DNA of 53,102 bases, counting the filler, from Sphacelaria rigidula (Eukaryota), in NCBI GenBank assembly GCA_964200075.2. It is 3 parts of 3 records of this genome, joined end to end, with 100 filler letters (N's around TTAATTAATTAA, not from the genome) between each part and the next. Parts side by side here need not be neighbours in the genome. Positions count along the whole stretch, not along the records: positions 35,480 to 53,102 come from CAXNAA020001026.1; 2 more parts are not named here. The stretch is one strand, 5' to 3'. Position numbers and translations under genes: made by a program. Under the pieces are notes generated by a model. It did not search any database. It was not told the origin of the DNA and saw only the letters and a program-made list of their open reading frames with translations. Positions 48,481 through 53,102 of this stretch are shown one piece after another; position 1 is the stretch's first letter, and each line of letters begins with the position of its first letter.

Positions 48481-50864
48481 TCGTTTCACGCAAATCATCG
48501 TTTCTCATCGTATTCCGAAGAGGTTTGCGCAAGGCCTCAAACAACGTGCTCGAACTGCTACGGCCTTGGCAAACTGTGCCATGTACCACTACGCAACGCA
48601 CATGAGTATCACCGGTGCCCATGTATCTTGGCTATCGATCCATTAAGCGTGGCGGCGATAGCCGCCGAAATTCTTGTATATACATATATGCCGGTATATT
48701 GGGAGATCGCCGCGAGCGGTGATCAGGCCAGCAGTATTTGGAGTCATACATGTTGATGAATATCTCACATGTTGTCTGCAGGCGCGTCAATTTGCTGAGA
48801 CAAGACCGGCTGCACACACAGCGAACGTTGCGTGAAGGACCGGCTATGGTACCCCTCCCTTCAACCATGGCAGCTGGATACTGAAAGCCTATTGCTAGAG
48901 ATGATTCTGATTCAGAATCCCCTCCCCCCCTCTCTTTACATCCACGTCCACCTGGCGTCAATCGGAGTACAAGACATATATCAATCTCCAACGCTGAGGT
49001 TTTATTTTATAGTACCACCACACTCCGCATCTCGGGGACCTTGGACCCAACTACACTCGGAATGACTAGCATGGGTACTCAAAGGGCTAACGATATTATG
49101 ACCGTTTATTTTCGAAACTACGCTGTTCTGACTATCGATTGCATCGATCTTGTACGAATCGATGTCCCTTTGACCGTGTGCACCACGTGTTGTGTGGTGG
49201 CCGTAGCACACTGGGAACGAGCGATTTGACCTACGTAGACTAGCGACCAAGAGCATTTACCCTTCGAGTGTCGAGCTTCGTTTCAGTACGATTTTCCGGC
49301 CGACAGCCCCGCGGAAAAGTTCCCTCGAGAGGGTGTTATTTGGGATATTTAGACCGTGCGGGTGGTACATTATAACCACGATAATCGCAGGTAAACTTTT
49401 CAACTGCTGTGAGCGTGAGGCTTGATTGATCCCTGGTGTCAAGACCGAAATCAAGATGAAGGGTAAAAACGTACGTCCAACGTCACATTTGCCCAGCCTC
49501 CGCTGCGGAGTGCCAATGCCCCCGCGGCCATATGTGTGAGGGCATGGAGTTGCGCAGATCGTAGTAAATTGTGTTGGAAGTTTTGCCAGGAGACCGTAGA
49601 TACATGTACAGCAGGGAAGTTTGTAGCGTGGTGTGTTGGTTTGTGGGATGATGATTGGCACGGTGCATGACAAGTACAGCAGGAGTAACTGTGTGTGGCT
49701 GTCTACCAAAGGCAACTTGCACCCGCCCGACAAGACTGACAAAACGACAGATGATTGCTCAGGCATTCCCAAAACACAGAGGCCACCGGAGTGGTTAAGA
49801 CATGGTGTAACACTGAGAGGGGTACCGCTACTGCCTGCGACACAGCTCAAGCGGTTTTCGAATGTAGAGTCACACCCGCCTCCTGGGACCCCGGGTATCT
49901 GGCGAAAAGTAATAATCAGAAGACCCCCATTTCATCCACCCTTCCTAAACATATCAGAGCACCCATGTGCAAAATTTCAGGGTCTAACTCGAAAAATAGC
50001 GTGAAACACCATCCGTATGGGCGTTGAAGTATACAAATGTTCGTACTATAGAACCGGGATCCCCCTCATTACTTGATTATAGTACACTACCGACGTTTTG
50101 CTTGTGCGCTTGAGCGCTTAAACCGACCGTTTGGGATCAGCTTTTCGAGTTATGCAACGAAACTTCGTACAAACGCTCCTTGGACCACCTCGGGACGAGT
50201 CAAATATTCTTTTTTTTAATCTTGAAGTCATCTGTACCGCATACTGGGGGCATTCACACGGATACCCTCGGAACCCGATAGAGAGCGGACTAACTTTGAA
50301 AAAGGCTTCGACGATTTGAATTCCTACTCGTAGCACCCATATTTATCAAACGGCCACGTTTGGGGATGATCCAAGGTTTTCTGCGACAGTTACGAGCAAA
50401 ATGTCAAAAGGCTTTCTGGATCTTCGATGCATGTTGTCCGTGGAAAATCGACAACGCCAAAACTCCGCATCACCGATATACCACGTTTGGGGGCAAAACT
50501 CCATCCCATACGAACCGCATTTGACTCTAATTTTTGGTGTTAGATTTCCTAGCGGATGGCGGTTACGAAGGTTTGATTGGTGATGAGATTAGGTACAAAC
50601 TGAGTTCGGAATTCGCACCACAAATTTCTGAACAATCGGAATGCCCCTGATTAGCCGAGAAACATTTTCACTACCAGCGCCACGGCACATGGCGCAAAAT
50701 TAGGCTATGTCACAGTGTTCACTTGCTTGTAGGGGTCACCGTGATGCCAAAGCGTTTCATGGTTCGGGCGAATCAGTGTTCATACGGGTTGACTCCCCAT
50801 GGATGTCGGACGCGAATCATGTACCAACGAGCCACCTGGCATAAATCAGCGAAGGAAAAGTTGT

Positions 50865-51345
50865 ACGTTCAAGATCGTAACGCACGAATCACGAACTGGG
50901 AATGTGCATACACTCCAAGTAGCATCACGAATCTAGGGTGCAATACATGTACGAATCACTTGGGGTAAACATGTACGTATAAAAACACTGCACGAATGGA
51001 GATTGGGAAACGTACGATTGATTCACCTCGTATGAATGGAAGGTGGGGAACATGTACGTATGATTACTGCTGCATAAACGGAAGTTGGGAAACATGCACG
51101 TTTGATTCACCTCGTATAAATGCAAGGCGAGGAACACGTACGTATGATTCATGCTCCATGATAAAAGGGGAGGCAAATGTACGCTTATTTCACCTCGTAG
51201 GAAAGAAAGGTGAGAAAAATGTACCTATGATTCATGCTGCACAAATGCAAGGTGGGAAACATATGTATGTTGTTCATGCTGCGTGAATGAAAGGGGAGAG
51301 ACTACAGTATTTGCCTATGATTCATGCCATATGAATGGAAGGTTC
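50865..51345. repeat. 42-bp minisatellite, array 1
   Basis: Consensus ~atgaatggaaggtggggaacatgtacgtatgattca(tgctgc/cctcgt). Confidence 0.85.
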
Positions 51346-52029
51346 CGTATTGCTGTTGTCTGTTGTCTGCCGTATGGATTGTACAGTACTATGCTGTGTT
51401 ATGCTGTACTGTGCCGCACTGTACTGTAATGTCCGCTGACTGCAGTGAGCGCTGCCGGAGTGTTTCCGAAAACTCACGCGAACATGCGGGGACGACTCTT
51501 GTGCTGGTGCTGTCTGAGGCTGTATTTGTATTATTTTATTCATTCAGGCCAACTGTCCCTCAGAACAAAACATGAAACCTCAGAAACGCCGTCAACAGCT
51601 TAGCTCGGGAAAATAAACAGCTAGAAAAGTCGCTCTGGCCGCGCAGATGCGCACTGTGCCCTGCAGCACCGTACTGTCTGCGGACTGGAGCGCCGACAAC
51701 GCCCGCAGACATGCGGGGAAAATTCGTGCAGGTGCTGTGTTCTTCGCGACTGTTCGTGGTATTGTATACAGTACATTCAGCCCTACCATAGGACACATGA
51801 AACCACAAAGAAACAGCATAGCTCGGGAAAATAAATAGCGAAAAAAACTGCTCTGGGCACGCAGGCAAATGTGTTATACTACATCCGACGTTTTCTGTTG
51901 CGTGTGAGAAACATATTTGAAATTTGGTTTTTTGTGGATTTGGCTCTGAAGGGGTTCGCGACCTGCACGCTCTTATTTGCCCACCCCACCTGCAAAAAAG
52001 GTCGCGCCACCGAAAAATCGCGCCCCATG

Positions 52030-52445
52030 AAATGACAGGTGGGAAACACCATGTTCTCATGATGTATGCCATGAACAGAAGGTGGGGAACATGTACACTT
52101 GATTCATGCTGCATGGATGAAAGGGGAGAAACAGGTGCACTTTATCCATCTCGTATGAACGGGACGTGGGGAACGTGTACGTATATTTTATGTTCCTCGA
52201 ATGGAAATTTGGGAACCTGTACCCGTGATTCACCTCGTATAAACGGAATGTGGGGAACATGTGCGTATAATGTGTGCTGCATGGGTGGCAGGGGAGAAAC
52301 ATGTATCTGTGATTCATGGCGTATGAACGGAAATTGGGGAACACGTACCTGTGACGCGTGCTGGATGAATGGAAAATCGGAAACATGTATCTGTGATTCA
52401 TATCATAAGGTGGAAGATGGTGAACATGTATATTTATTCATACCA
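52030..52445. repeat. 42-bp minisatellite, array 2
   Basis: Same consensus. The ORF 51924-52523 shows 14-aa periodicity. Confidence 0.85.
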
Positions 52446-53102
52446 TTGAAGGCGGAGCAGGGAAAGGTAAGGGACACGAGCCCGAGCATCGCGTCGACGT
52501 GGACTCTGAGTTTGGGGCGATAGGAGATACAGGGGTCGTGAGACACAGTGTAACTCATATCGCACTAAACTTTTCAGATGCCACCCCCTTCCCCCGACTG
52601 CCCATACTGTACTCATGTTCATGCATGCCATAGTCATAAGACCATAAGCCCATAAGACCATTGACCTCGGCGTGGGCAGAAGTCCACCTGTGATCTTAGA
52701 CCACAATCCAAAAATCATCCAACGACGGCGGAGACACGAGCCCGTGCCTCGCATCGACGGGGAGACTAAGTTAGCAAGATAAGAGGTATCACGATCACGA
52801 GAGTGGCGCGTGCTTCGTTTCGGAACAACTCGGCGACGGCATGCGGCTAAACGCCAAAGCACTGGTCTGCACACCGGGGCTATGCAGCAGCGGAGAGCGC
52901 AGTGGCGACAGCTACAATAGACAGGAATGGAGGGGCTGCACATCGCGTGGGTACGCACACCAGGAGCGAGGAAGGAGTAGAGTCGGACAGAGCAGGAGAG
53001 CTGCACCTGCCTGTGATTTTTTTCTTGCTTTTTCTCACACTTTAAACCCCCCTCCCTTCCTCGGGATGAGTCCGTGGTCTCAAGGGATCAACCCATCTAT
53101 CA

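Noticed and set aside
50865-52445. CRISPR-like appearance of regular repeats
   Set aside because: Units are contiguous and degenerate with no unique spacers, there are no cas genes, and the context is eukaryotic.
52434-53006. 190-aa minus-strand ORF with an upstream AG acceptor
   Set aside because: Cys/Arg-rich random-like composition, contains a DNA-level direct repeat (52473/52732), and no recognisable domain.

Overview
Eukaryotic, intron-rich, repeat-dense genomic DNA. A brown alga (Phaeophyceae, Ectocarpus-like) is inferred from gene structure and repeat style, not proven. Two 100-nt assembly gaps with TTAATTAATTAA linkers (17641-17740, 35380-35479) split the window into three contigs. 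Three protein-coding loci can be built by hand from GT-AG, phase-consistent exons. (1) A + strand gene (15399 to ~21791, spanning gap 1) encodes ~27 tandem 11-residue repeats, a TBC/Rab-GAP-like domain lacking the arginine finger (IxxDxxR reads IIADMDS; GYRQG is kept), and downstream a bulb-type-lectin-like C-terminus. Its start region sits inside a 168-bp inverted duplication. (2) A - strand multi-exon low-complexity protein gene (~27233-34837) has a 96-bp/32-aa internal repeat. (3) One large exon of a trimethyllysine-dioxygenase-like (TMLHE/BBOX, TauD-family) gene lies at 35995-36739 (-). The rest is non-autonomous repeat DNA: a complete hAT-type element with 22-bp TIRs, an 8-bp TSD and an internal 70-bp hairpin; an AGCT-flanked TIR family; SINE/LINE 3' ends with microsatellite tails; an array of palindromic units; an ~11-kb modular repeat block rich in GATGCCGATT; and a split 42-bp minisatellite. 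I saw no rRNA, tRNA, CRISPR array, intact transposase or intact reverse transcriptase. Most ORF-track entries appear spurious. All alignments and counts were made by eye.
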